The position numbers and the translations under genes were made by a program. This document shows, in pieces, positions 1-11,260 of a stretch of DNA of 32,929 bases. Source of the DNA: Octopus bimaculoides (taxonomy: Eukaryota); assembly GCF_001194135.2 (NCBI RefSeq), contig NC_069000.1, forward strand, positions 18,188,781 through 18,221,709, read 5' to 3'. How positions within the stretch are numbered: the stretch's first letter is position 1; every line of letters starts with the position of its first letter. Below the pieces are notes generated by a model. The model ran no database searches and had not been told where the DNA came from. It worked only from the letters and a program-made list of their open reading frames with translations.

Positions 1-45
<45 letters not shown>

Positions 46-649
46 ATGTTTGTATTATCAATTGGCTGTGTTAAATAAACTTACTTGTCAAGATTTTGTC
101 GTTATAAGCCATCTTCTTCTAAGGCAGAGTCCCGTTCCATGTTATTGCTGTTGTTGCTCTTGTTCTTGTTGTTGTTGTTGTTAATTGTTGCGGGTTAGGG
201 AGGTGTGTCCAGTAATCCAATACTCCGAACGAGAATGTAGTTTCTTCTGGTCAAATATTTATCATAATAACTATTTTGGCCAAACTAATTTACCGCGTTG
301 ATCATGACCTGTAATGAGCCTCGTTTCATCTGTTTAGATCTGTTTAGCGTTGCTGTTAATTCATTTTATTTTTTATTTTTATTTATTTATCATGCGTAAT
401 TGGTCTTTCAGTCGTTAACATTTTCTTGGGGATTTGTGTGGCGTATTGTAGTTTGGATAAAGTTTATTTGGTGTGCTCCTCTGTAACGTAGAGAAAGATG
501 GGGAAGAGGAGGCTGAGAGATAGAGAGAAAGAAGGAGAGAGAGAGAGAGAGAGACGCAAAGACACGAATATGTAAGGGTAGACAGATGAGGACATAAAAA
601 CAAGGATTGGGAAAGATTGTTGCCTTCAGGATGTTCAAAATTATTTAGA

Positions 650-1118
650 TATCGCAGACCTTGCTAAAATCTTTAATGCAAATATTGAAGACGTTTTTGC
701 TGGATGCGTGTGAGAAACATGGCGAGTTATAAAGTTCTCCATCGACAAACTATAAACTTTTATGAATAGATGTCTCCAGAACATCCTTTGAGTGAGATGG
801 TTAGACGGATTTACAAACAAAGGCTTGTGAATGCAGGTGAACCAGCAGCCAACCGAAGCCTAGATCAAGAAAGGGAAATGGGGTTAGTGAGACACCCTAT
901 GGATACCTGTTTCCAACATTACAAAGCAAACCCTCTGATGGAAACCTAAAGGAAGACAGAAGCGTGGCAGACCAAAATCAACATGGAGAAGGTCCACAAA
1001 AACTAAAGAACTGGCAGACGGCTACACCAGGTAACAACTGCAATCCATTGCCAAAGATCGAGAATGATGGATGTCTCTTGTTGGTGCCCTATGATCTACA
1101 AAGAGTCAAAGGAATTAA
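650..1118 (+). mobile_element. Decayed 3' fragment of an RTE-clade LINE ORF
   Basis: Frameshifted translation gives IFNAN..TWRV..TFMNRCLQNIL.VRW..GRQKRGRPKSTWRRS..LQSIAKDRE.WMSLVGAL. This matches the C-terminus downstream of the RT domain in RTE LINEs. Several stops. Confidence 0.8.
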
Positions 1119-1880
1119 AGAGATCAAAAATGATGTATCGTTAGAGCAGTGGATAGACTGCCTCGAGTTTTTGTTCCATCTGTTTATGCCCTGAGTTCAG
1201 ATCCGGCAGAGATCAACTTTGCTTCTCATCCTTTCGAAGTCGATAAAAAAAAAAAGCGTCCAAGCAGGGTGGTGGATTGGCGAAAATGTTAAAGAATCGA
1301 AAAAAAAAAATACCTTGTGGTATTTGTTTTGGTCCTTTGTATTCTGATAGGAAATCCTGTGACGATATTGGTTGCTGCGAAGTTGTATTAACCCAAGACA
1401 GCGGCCTTCTCCTTTCATTTATATCAGTGTCGCCTTAAATCAGATTTAAGATGCTCTTAGTATTTTCACTTTGGTTTATAAGGGAGGTATTTTTAAAGTT
1501 ACGAAGTACACATGTTCCTCAACAATTCGGGACATTAAGAATTAAAAAATCTGGTTAATGTATTTTATGGCTGATTCAGAGAAAAGGAAAAATGCTGGTG
1601 TACGAATAATAGTTTAAAGAAAAAAATTCTTTTAAACATTCGGAACTAGCTGTAGTGTTATTTACGTGGTTGAGTAAATAAAGCGAGTTGAAAGTAATCT
1701 CCTTTTGGAGCCACTGGTCACTGAAAAGGCCAAGCAGTTTCACGGAAATATGGGTATGATGAGGGCTTGCGTGTTTTAAATTGTAAACTTAATTTGTCTG
1801 GCGAAAATTAATCGGCGGAAACTCATATTCTCGGAAAATACAGTTACATATGTAATTACTTGATTTAAAAAATGATTTTA

Positions 1881-2398
1881 GCTCCTTCATCGGTTACGAC
1901 GACAAGGGTTCCAGTTGACCTGGTCGACGGAAAAGTCGGCTCGTGAAATTAACTTGCAAGTGACTGAGCACTTCCACAGGCACACGTACCCTTAAGCCTT
2001 TAGTATTTAAACCGGCCATACCTGGTCCAAATATTTTACCTGGTCTATATTCAAACTAGCTAGATCTGGCCTCTCATACCAACCCTAAACATCATTCTAA
2101 AATTATGCTATTATATCATTGAAATCTCAAAGCTACGAGATAATGGACGATTAATTCAAGACTGTGTGAATGAATAAGCATTACATTTGACAGAATAATT
2201 TGAATGCTAAAGGGTTCGTAGTTCTCAGGGAGATTCAGCGTAACACAGACAGTGGCAAGGCTGATCCTTTGAAATTCAGGTACTACTTACTTTTGTCAAC
2301 TGAGTAGACTGAAGCACCGCGAAATAAAGTGTCTTGCTGAAGGGTACAGCGTGCCGCCGGGAATCGAAATCATGACCTTATGACCGTGAGCAGCACTG
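1881..2398 (-). mobile_element. tRNA-derived SINE interrupted by a MITE
   Basis: 1881-1995 and 2217-2285 match the 3' part of the SINEs at 15134 and 16672. 2290-2398 matches the head and body of the SINE at 19570-19799. Confidence 0.8.
1996..2214. mobile_element. TTAA-flanked (piggyBac-like) MITE
   Basis: Termini (c)cctttagtatt ... aatgctaaaggg. TTAA at 1992-1995 and a partial TT on the right. Homologous to the copies at 19347, 22318 and 32009-32452. Confidence 0.82.
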
Positions 2399-2756
2399 CC
2401 CCTCCCCCCGATTTATAATGCGAATAAAAAAGGATTTTTCTACAAGTGCTTACCTCGTGTGGCTTCGGTTACTAAAAGTGAGACGGGACCTGTAGGATTT
2501 AAATTTGATAAAGGAAATGAAAGATGTAAATTTCTTAGGAAAGAAGGCCCCTAACAGAGTAGCTACATTTCTTGATATTGGCGAGCGTAACACTCTTAAT
2601 AATGTATCTGAAGTAATGAGTGTTCAAGTAACGATCAGCAATTTTAAGAAGAAAAAAAAACAATCTAGAAAGCGGGCGGATATCAAGGAGACGTTGAAGA
2701 AGGCAGGGAGTAGAAGCGATTCCTAGAGTTTATACTCCTACTCAACACCACTCTCT

Positions 2757-2758
2757 AC

Positions 2759-2790
<32 letters not shown>

Positions 2791-2834
2791 ATGACGATGA
2801 TGATGATGAGGATGATGGTGATGGTGGTGGTGAC

Positions 2835-2867
<33 letters not shown>

Positions 2868-2935
2868 AGCGGTAGTAGTACTTGTAGTACAGGTGGTGCT
2901 GGTAGTGTTGGTGGTGGTTTTTGACTCTGCACTGG
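2757..2935. repeat. Compound (CTG)n/(GAT)n/(GGT)n trinucleotide microsatellite
   Basis: Read directly from the sequence. Confidence 0.95.
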
Positions 2936-4166
2936 TGGTAGATGAAATAAAATGAAATTTAAAAAAAAGTTTGTAATACTATAAGGTCTTTAGTAAAATT
3001 CTAATCAAGCAATTATTTTAAGTGACGTATATTTAGTTTAATAAGGGAAGTGAAATTGATATTTTTGTACTACATATAAAGACCCTTTTATCAAGTTTAT
3101 ATAATTAATAAATATTTAAGTTAAGTAAAATGAAATAAATTCAGTACATAAATTAGGAAAAACACCACCCATCGGGTGACCCCAAACACGAAAAGCAGTG
3201 TTTCTCTTAGTTGGTTAAATATCGGGTGTTAGTCTGAAGTCTTGTAGGATAAACACAGGTTAACATTTGTTATTTTGATCGATTTGCTTTTCATACTTAA
3301 TTTATCTACAGATACCTTCAAATATAATTATAGGCCTTGCTCCGCTAATTTCCAGAAAAGATATAATACTTGGCGAGCAATGTTTAGCACACAAATTCAC
3401 TGTTACAGATATGGACACTATTTTATCACTTTCGTGTTCGGAGTGATACCGTTGTTTTCTGTTTTGAATTTATGAGAGTGAGACAAAACCTAAAAAAAAA
3501 AAAAATAAGGAAAAAAAAAACATTAATCCCATTAGAAATATTAGAGACGAAGTCAAGTGGTTCAGTAAACATTGGTAATTGGTAAATTTGATTGTTGTAA
3601 GGAGAGAAAGTCTCAAATTTCGAACAAAAGTGCTTTGACTGAATGGTTAAAAAGTTAAAAAGGTGGAGACAGGAAGAAGCCGAAGCCGAGGAAGTGATAG
3701 CTATAAANNNNNNNNNNNNNNNNNNNNNNNNNNNNNNNNNNNNNNNNNNNNNNNNNNNNNNNNNNNNNNNNNNNNNNNNNNNNNNNNNNNNNNNNNNNNN
3801 NNNNNNNNNNNNNNNNNNNNNNNNNNNNNNNNNNNNNNNNNNNNNNNNNNNNNNNNNNNNNNNNNNNNNNNNNNNNNNNNNNNNNNNNNNNNNNNNNNNN
3901 NNNNNNNNNNNNNNNNNNNNNNNNNNNNNNNNNNNNNNNNNNNNNNNNNNNNNNNNNNNNNNNNNNNNNNNNNNNNNNNNNNNNNNNNNNNNNNNNNNNN
4001 NNNNNNNNNNNNNNNNNNNNNNNNNNNNNNNNNNNNNNNNNNNNNNNNNNNNNNNNNNNNNNNNNNNNNNNNNNNNNNNNNNNNNNNNNNNNNNNNNNNN
4101 NNNNNNNNNNNNNNNNNNNNNNNNNNNNNNNNNNNNNNNNNNNNNNNNNNNNNNNNNNNNNNNNNN

Positions 4167-4190
4167 GATAGAAACTGAAAGAAGCCCGTC

Positions 4191-4235
<45 letters not shown>

Positions 4236-4428
4236 CGTGATTGTGTGTCTCTGTTTGTCCCCCCACCATCGCTTGACAATCGATGCTGGTGTGTTTACGT
4301 CCTTGTAACTTAGCAGTTCGGCAAAAAAAGACCGATAGGCTTACAAAGAATAAGTTCTGGGGTCGATTTTCTCGATTAAAGGCGGTGCTCCAGCATGGCC
4401 ACAGTCAAATGACTGAAACAAGTAAAAG
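4167..4428 (+). mobile_element. SINE with internal (TA)n microsatellite, 3' two-thirds
   Basis: Reverse complement of the element at 20281-20775. The 5' end is lost in the gap. Confidence 0.85.
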
Positions 4429-4467
4429 TGTATGTAAGTATGTATGTTGTGTATTTAAAGTGATATG

Positions 4468-4690
4468 CAGTAATCCCTCGAATATCGCGGGTGTTACGTT
4501 CCAAGCCCCTCCCCCCGCAATAGGTGAAATCCGCGACGCAGAAGCAGTACTGTTCTGTATACTTTATTATTATTTTTATAATTTGTATATATTTATTTTA
4601 TTATAAATGCAAAACAACACCACGGAATGATCGACGTAAGCTTAAATAATAAACCGTGATTGGTGAACCGCGATATGTGAACCACGATTT
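4468..4690. mobile_element. pogo/Tigger-like non-autonomous element, right terminus missing
   Basis: Left end CAGTAATCCCTCGAATATCGCGG resembles pogo/Tigger TIRs. Subterminal ccgcgatat recurs near 4667. AT-rich interior. Confidence 0.55.
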
Positions 4691-4846
4691 TTCCGATTCC
4701 AATACTCTTTGGACTCGATAATTATACCATATGTCTCCAGCTTCAAATCCCCGTTTCTGGCAAAGTTTCCAGTGTAAAACATTTACAACCTGGTCGTGCC
4801 TCCATTTCTTATATTCCTCCAGTGCTAACTTTGGGCAATCTACCAC
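4685..4846 (-). mobile_element. R4/Dong-clade non-LTR retrotransposon fragment (zinc-knuckle region before the RLE domain)
   Basis: VDCPKLALEEYKKWRHDQVVNVLHWKLCQKRGF..WYNYRVQRVLESE matches the CxxL..EY..RHD.V...LHW.LC motif of RLE-bearing LINEs. Confidence 0.85.
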
Positions 4847-6431
4847 AATAATAATAATAATAATAATAATAGTAATATGGNNNNNNNNNNNNNNNNNNNN
4901 NNNNNNNNNNNNNNNNNNNNNNNNNNNNNNNNNNNNNNNNNNNNNNNNNNNNNNNNNNNNNNNNNNNNNNNNNNNNNNNNNNNNNNNNNNNNNNNNNNNN
5001 NNNNNNNNNNNNNNNNNNNNNNNNNNNNNNNNNNNNNNNNNNNNNNNNNNNNNNNNNNNNNNNNNNNNNNNNNNNNNNNNNNNNNNNNNNNNNNNNNNNN
5101 NNNNNNNNNNNNNNNNNNNNNNNNNNNNNNNNNNNNNNNNNNNNNNNNNNNNNNNNNNNNNNNNNNNNNNNNNNNNNNNNNNNNNNNNNNNNNNNNNNNN
5201 NNNNNNNNNNNNNNNNNNNNNNNNNNNNNNNNNNNNNNNNNNNNNNNNNNNNNNNNNNNNNNNNNNNNNNNNNNNNNNNNNNNNNNNNNNNNNNNNNNNN
5301 NNNNNNNNNNNNNNNNNNNNNNNNNNNNNNNNNNNNNNNNNNNNNNNNNNNNNNNNNNNNNNNNNNNNNNNNNNNNNNNNNNNNNNNNNNNNNNNNNNNN
5401 NNNNNNNNNNNNNNNNNNNNNNNNNNNNNNNNNNNNNNNNNNNNNNNNNNNNNNNNNNNNNNNNNNNNNNNNNNNNNNNNNNNNNNNNNNNNNNNNNNNN
5501 NNNNNNNNNNNNNNNNNNNNNNNNNNNNNNNNNNNNNNNNNNNNNNNNNNNNNNNNNNNNNNNNNNNNNNNNNNNNNNNNNNNNNNNNNNNNNNNNNNNN
5601 NNNNNNNTGTTATGGGCTGTGATGAGTTATGTGTTGTTGGTGGAGAGAAATGAAGCAAACGGAAGTGAAGCCGGACCGGAAGGGCCAGACAGGAAGTCGG
5701 ACACACGTGGTCGAAGGCCAGCACGTGGGGGAGTCAGAAGACAAACAGCTTACGAGAAAGACGTGTTTTGATCTAGAGCGGTCGTTTACTCCGCCGCGGT
5801 CGACAAGGTAAGGTCCAACGTTTAATTCTGTCCTTTTGCTTCTTGTTGTCTTTTTCCTCCATCACACCACATAACTAAAGCTTGTTAGTTTTGCCTTCAA
5901 ATTTACCGCTTTTCTAGCGACCACCCTGTATATATATGAACGATGTGAGTAAACAAACGAGCGGAAATAACCCCCACCACATACATTTGGAGTTGTATTT
6001 ATTTAGCAATAGCTTGACATAGTTCCTCATGTTACTTGGAGTTTCCTGGACATGAAAGAACGCCCATCCCTTCGGACATTCGAAGGCGAAGTGAAGAAAA
6101 AAAATGGTTTATTTATTAGTCTTTATTACAGAAAAAATTTAACCCTCATTGGTCAGTTCGGGTTGCATTGATGTAGAAATAACTTTGCCACATTAGATAA
6201 TGGGTGAAAATACTTCAAGCCGTAGAACTGAACCCAGAACCACGTGGTTGGTGAAATGATGCCAAACGTTTTGCTTTTTCATTTTTACTTTAATCTATCT
6301 ATCTATAAAGTATCAAAGATTATAATATTAGACCATGTGAGACTTCTGATAACAGGCTGCTATCCGCTCTCACAAAAATCAACCAGAGCAAACAAGACCG
6401 AGCGCTCTAGGAGGCAATAATGATAATAATA

Positions 6432-6617
6432 ATAGTGTAAGTGTGAAGGCAGAACACCTACAAAAATCAGTATTGCTTGGAACTGCAAGAATTTTTCGCA
6501 GAGTTCTTGAAGCATGACCAGTAAACAAGTGTCACCTTAGCCTGCTGGCTGTGGACAGCTGACACTTTCCATCATACCCAGCAAAATAAGCTGAGAGTTT
6601 TCATCAAATAATAATAA
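6432..6617 (+). mobile_element. R4/Dong-clade LINE 3' terminus with (AAT)n tail
   Basis: SVKAEHLQKSVLLGTARIFRRVLEA* is the typical ORF end (QK.VLLGTARI.R.VL). It is followed by a short 3' UTR and aataataataa. Confidence 0.85.
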
Positions 6618-6618
6618 T

Positions 6619-6712
6619 AAATTCTTTACTGCCCACAAGGGGCTAAACATAGAGGGGACAAACAAGGACAGACAAAGGGATTAAGTCGATTATATCGACC
6701 CCAGTGCGTAAC
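6619..6712 (-). mobile_element. 3' part of the abundant SINE (variant tail)
   Basis: Reverse complement of 11165-11260. Confidence 0.8.
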
Positions 6713-6803
6713 TGAATAATTATAATAATATCATAATTATTATTATTATTATTATTGTTGTTAATATTATTATTATTGTTGTTGTCTTGCGCATAAACAC
6801 ACA

Positions 6804-6883
6804 CATCGCCTGGTTTGAGATTTGAACCCGCGATCCCTCGGCTGCGAGTCCGCTGCTCTAACCACTAGGCCATGTGCCTCCAC
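6804..6883 (-). mobile_element. Isolated tRNA-like SINE head
   Basis: Minus strand gtggaggcacatggcctagtggttagagcagcgg...ggttcaaatct has A and B boxes and is the same head as at 16673. No tRNA acceptor stem. Confidence 0.75.
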
Positions 6884-7146
6884 ATCACTCCTATAGCACT
6901 AATAATTTTTTAACAAAGGCAGCCAATATTGTTATAACAAAATCAATTTAGAAATCAGAGATCATCGAACCTTGTGCCAAAATTAGAAACCAATAAATAA
7001 AAAATCTTGGAGTTTACGACATCGCTTTAGAGCAAAAGAAAAAAAGACAATGCAAAAAGTAAAACAGCCTTCCTGGCAATCAAACAAAACTGAAAGTGAT
7101 GTCTTAAACTCAATGGTCCTTCAGTGATTGTTGTGATAAAACAAGC

Positions 7147-7480
7147 GCTTCGCTCAGTGATTAGAGCAACAGGCTTCCAATCATGAGGTAGTGACTTCGA
7201 TTCCCAGACCGGGCTGTGTGTTGTGGTCTTGAGCAAGACACTTTATTTCATGTTGCTGCAGTTCATACAGCTGTAGAAATGAGTTGTGACATCACTGGTG
7301 CCAAACTGTATCAAACTTTGCCTTTCTCTTTGATAACATCGGTGGCGTGAAGAGGTGGGGGGGGGGGGCTAGCATGCAAGGGCAACTGCTGGTCTTCCAT
7401 AAACAACCTTGCCCAGATTTGTGCCTTGGAGGAGGTGCAATGCCATGGTCATTCATGACCGAAAGGGGCTCTTTACCTTT
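7147..7480 (+). mobile_element. tRNA-derived SINE
   Basis: A-box-like gctcagtgattagagc and B-box-like ttcgattccc. The body (ttgagcaagacactttatttca) is shared with the 19570 and 2290 elements. Confidence 0.65.
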
Positions 7481-7819
7481 TTTTTTGTTTTTTACATTTT
7501 ATTATCAGAAAAAGAAGCTGAAAATAAATAGGATGTAAGAAGTATTTTTTTCAATAGGTAAATTAGTACTAAAGATGTACTCATGTTACTAAATGGGTAA
7601 CACGTGCATCATTTGATCTCAAATGGAGTTGCAAATTATTCAAGAAACATTTCATTGTAAACAATAATTGTGATTGTCTGTTCAAATTAATCCATGACTT
7701 TTTGTCTTTGCTGCCCGTTAATATATGTTTATATTTGAGAGTATATGTACCCGAGTGTGGATGTGCATGTGGGAGGAGCGTTTGTGTGTTATTTCTTTGT
7801 TGCCCACAAGGGGATAAAC

Positions 7820-7940
7820 ATGTGTGCGCGTGTGTATGCGTACGTGTGTGTGTGTGTGTGTGAGTATGCGTGCGCACGTGTGTGTGTGGTGTGTGTGTGG
7901 TGTATGTGTGTGTGTGTGGTGTGAGTGTGTGTGGTGTGTG
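7820..7940. repeat. (GT)n-type microsatellite
   Basis: Read directly from the sequence. Confidence 0.95.
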
Positions 7941-7958
7941 AAGGAGAGACGCAAGCTG

Positions 7959-8349
7959 TACGACATCCGCAGAAGACTACAATTTGTTTACGTAGATGAC
8001 TTGGTTGAGAAGAGAAATATACACAGATGAATGAAGACGTTTAACGAAGGGGAAACCAGTATTGAAGACAAAAGACGCAATGGAAGTCCATCAAGTGCAG
8101 CCAATTACAATAATCGTCAGCGAATGGATGACTTGATTCACACAGACAAATGAGTCACACATATTTTTAAGCTTGTTGCACAACTGGGCTATGGTTACAA
8201 TGCATTACAGAAGGTTGTGGAAGGCTAAAAGTAACAGAAAGTGCATGCAAAGTGAGCACATCGGCAGCTTACAGCCCATCTAAAAGAGAGAAGGAAGAAA
8301 GTCTGCTCTGATCTGCTGGAAGCGTTTGAAGCCAATGAAAACACGTTCC
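7959..8349 (+). mobile_element. Decayed mariner transposase fragment (N-terminal HTH region)
   Basis: DIRRRLQFVYVDD..IHR*MKTFNEGETSIEDKRRNGSPS..DDLIHTD..LG.G..ERRKKVCSDLLEAFE matches the mariner EG.TS.ED..RSGRP region. Multiple stops. Confidence 0.85.
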
Positions 8350-8377
8350 CACTCCCCACCCCCGATCCCGTCGGGTT

Positions 8378-8552
8378 CAATGACTAGTTCTGCCTGTTTT
8401 GGACAGACTACTGTTTGTTTCAGTTCTTGCAACCATTCAGCATCCTTCTTGTGCTCCTTGTCTTTGCTCCAGATGTCACTCCAAAACTTTTGACTTTCAA
8501 TGTTATCTGGTGTCAACTTTTCATCTGTACACTCTCCATTTATTTCTTTGTA
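8378..8552 (-). mobile_element. R4/Dong-clade LINE internal fragment (pre-RT region)
   Basis: YKEINGE..PDNIESQKFWSDIWSKDKEHKKDAEWLQELK matches the KFW..IW....H...AEWL motif of this clade. Confidence 0.8.
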
Positions 8553-8995
8553 GCGGTAGTTCGTCCGTCTTCACGTTCTAAGTTCAAATTCCACCGAGGT
8601 CGACTTTATCTTTCATCCTTCCAGGGTCGATAAAATAAATATCAGTTGAACACTGAGGTCGATGTAATTAACTTATCCCCTCCCCGATCGTTCTGGCCTT
8701 GTGCCAAAATTTGAAATCATTATTATTATTATTGTTGTTGTTGTTGTTAAAGTGAAAATTATTATTATTATTATTATTATTATTAAGGCGGCGAGTTGGC
8801 AGAATCGCTAGCACGCCAGGTGACATGCTTAGCGGTAATTCGTCCGTCTTCACGTTCTAAGTTCAAATTCCGCCGAGGTCGACTTTACCTTTCATCCTTC
8901 CAGGGTCGATAAAATAAGTACCAGTTGAACACTGAGGTCGATGTAATTGGCTTATCTCCTTCTTGATCATGCTGGCCTTGTGCCAAAATTTGAAA
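8551..8995 (+). mobile_element. Two tandem copies of the abundant SINE (8551-8716 5'-truncated; 8785-8995 full length) separated by (ATT/GTT)n
   Basis: A box tggcagaatcg and B box agttcaaattcc. The two copies are near-identical over the shared part and retain CpGs. Confidence 0.9.
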
Positions 8996-9060
8996 TTATT
9001 ATTGTTGTTGTTGTTGTTAAGGTGAAAATTATTGCAAACCTTCAATAATGATTAAATATA

Positions 9061-9274
9061 TTGGGTTGGTGCATAATTATTGCGGCTTTTTTTCAACAAA
9101 TTTTATTCAACAAAAACAATAACAATATTTGACAAAAACATCTTTAAATGACGGTCTAACCGTCTTCCAAGCAAATGGGAAGCAGTAATTGAAGTGGATG
9201 GTGAATATGCTCCGGAATAATCATTTAAAGATGTTTTTTATTACATGTTGCTATTGTTTTATGCACCAATCCAA
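9061..9274 (+). mobile_element. Internally deleted mariner (Hsmar1/cecropia-like TIR)
   Basis: TA then ttgggttggtgcataattattgcggc; right end ttatgcaccaatccaa. Interior encodes RLPSKWEAVIEVDGEYAPE*, a mariner C-terminus. Confidence 0.85.
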
Positions 9275-9457
9275 TTATTCATTGTAATTTACGAGACAAT
9301 AATAGTGTCAAATTACTATAAAACAGTTTAAATGCATTTATGAGATGTTTTTGTAAGTTTATTGAACACATATTTTACTTCGACAATTTAAAAATGTCCA
9401 AAACAAACAGTTACTTTGGCTTTATCAGAAGACATTTTGAGATGCATTCATCTTTTG

Positions 9458-9640
9458 TCTTTTACTTGTTTCAGTCATTGGACTACAGTACAACTGGGTT
9501 TAGCCGAAGGGCTTAGTCGAACAGTTCGTCCCCAACACATATTTTTAAGCATGGTACTTATTCTGTAGGTCTCTTTTGCCGAAACTCTAAATTACGAGAA
9601 CGTAAACGAACCAAAACTGGTTGTCAATCGGTGACGCATG
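9458..9640 (-). mobile_element. Degenerate 3' part of the microsatellite-containing SINE
   Basis: Similar to 20281-20480 (tcttttacttgtttcagtcatt...tcttttgccgaa...ggttgtcaa). Confidence 0.7.
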
Positions 9641-9677
9641 AACAAACACGCATACATACACGCGTTCGCACGTCTGC

Positions 9678-9716
<39 letters not shown>

Positions 9717-11082
9717 NNNNNNNNNNNNNNNNNNNNNNNNNNNNNNNNNNNNNNNNNNNNNNNNNNNNNNNNNNNNNNNNNNNNNNNNNNNNNNNNNNNN
9801 NNNNNNNNNNNNNNNNNNNNNNNNNNNNNNNNNNNNNNNNNNNNNNNNNNNNNNNNNNNNNNNNNNNNNNNNNNNNNNNNNNNNNNNNNNNNNNNNNNNN
9901 NNNNNNNNNNNNNNNNNNNNNNNNNNNNNNNNNNNNNNNNNNNNNNNNNNNNNNNNNNNNNNNNNNNNNNNNNNNNNNNNNNNNNNNNNNNNNNNNNNNN
10001 NNNNNNNNNNNNNNNNNNNNNNNNNNNNNNNNNNNNNNNNNNNNNNNNNNNNNNNNNNNNNNNNNNNNNNNNNNNNNNNNNNNNNNNNNNNNNNNNNNNN
10101 NNNNNNNNNNNNNNNNNNNNNNNNNNNNNNNNNNNNNNNNNNNNNNNNNNNNNNNNNNNNNNNNNNNNNNNNNNNNNNNNNNNNNNNNNNNNNNNNNNNN
10201 NNNNNNNNNNNNNNNNNNNNNNNNNNNNNNNNNNNNNNNNNNNNNNNNNNNNNNNNNNNNNNNNNNNNNNNNNNNNNNNNNNNNNNNNNNNNNNNNNNNN
10301 NNNNNNNNNNNNNNNNNNNNNNNNNNNNNNNNNNNNNNNNNNNNNNNNNNNNNNNNNNNNNNNNNNNNNNNNNNNNNNNNNNNNNNNNNNNNNNNNNNNN
10401 NNNNNNNNNNNNNNNNNNNNNNNNNNNNNNNNNNNNNNNNNNNNNNNNNNNNNNNNNNNNNNNNNNNNNNNNNNNNNNNNNNNNNNNNNNNNNNNNNNNN
10501 NNNNNNNNNNNNNNNNNNNNNNNNNNNNNNNNNNNNNNNNNNNNNNNNNNNNNNNNNNNNNNNNNNNNNNNNNNNNNNNNNNNNNNNNNNNNNNNNNNNN
10601 NNNNNNNNNNNNNNNNNNNNNNNNNNNNNNNNNNNNNNNNNNNNNNNNACATCAACTCTCTACTTCCGAGTATGACTTGGTTTCACGATGTCATTATTTT
10701 GCAAGTCATTGTGTTCAAACTTTATACTAAGATTTTTGCTAATCTTAAAGTTAAAAAGAACCGGTCAAGTAATCTAAAAGAAAATGCCAAGTTTTTCCTT
10801 TTTTTTTTTTTTAATCGATGAATCTTCCATTCAGTTTAGCTCACCTTGCAGACTGGAAAGATGTTCAATGATAATTTGAAGGACATCAGCTAAAGGTTCA
10901 TGTTTACTGAGAAATGAGTCCGGACACAGAACATTTATAAAAGTAATTATCCCTCCAACGACTCAATTTGATAATAAAACCTCAAATAAAACCCCGTGTG
11001 AGTGGGTGAGTGTGGCTGTGTATGCTTTTTTTTTCATGTGTGCATATGACGGAGTGGGAATGTATGTGTGTATATATACTTC

Positions 11083-11260
11083 GCTTAGGTATTTCGAGAC
11101 TGTAAAACTCACGCCGAGGTCGACTTTGCCTTTCATCCTTTCGGGGTCGATAAATTAAGTACCAGTTACGCACTGGGGTCGATGTAATCGACTTAGTCCC
11201 TTTGTCTATCCTTGTTTGTCCCCTCTATATTTAGCCCCTTGTGGGCAATAAAGACATAAG
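11083..11260 (+). mobile_element. Abundant SINE, 5'-truncated, variant 3' end
   Basis: gccgaggtcgactttgcctttcatcctttcggggtcgataaa core is shared with the 8785 copy. Confidence 0.85.

Noticed and set aside
2505-2726. 73-aa Lys-rich ORF (MIKEMKDVNFLGKK...)
   Set aside because: No recognisable domain or convincing splice sites; a length expected by chance in A-rich DNA.
2738-2932. Ser/Pro/Ala-rich ORF, and similar poly-Val, poly-Asn and YI/HT-repeat ORFs across the window
   Set aside because: They are translations of simple repeats with no splice or homology support.
6804-6883. tRNA-like sequences here and at 13770-13810, 15440-15516, 16673-16745 and 19720-19799
   Set aside because: They have A and B boxes but no complete cloverleaf or acceptor stem, and most continue into SINE bodies; they are SINE heads.
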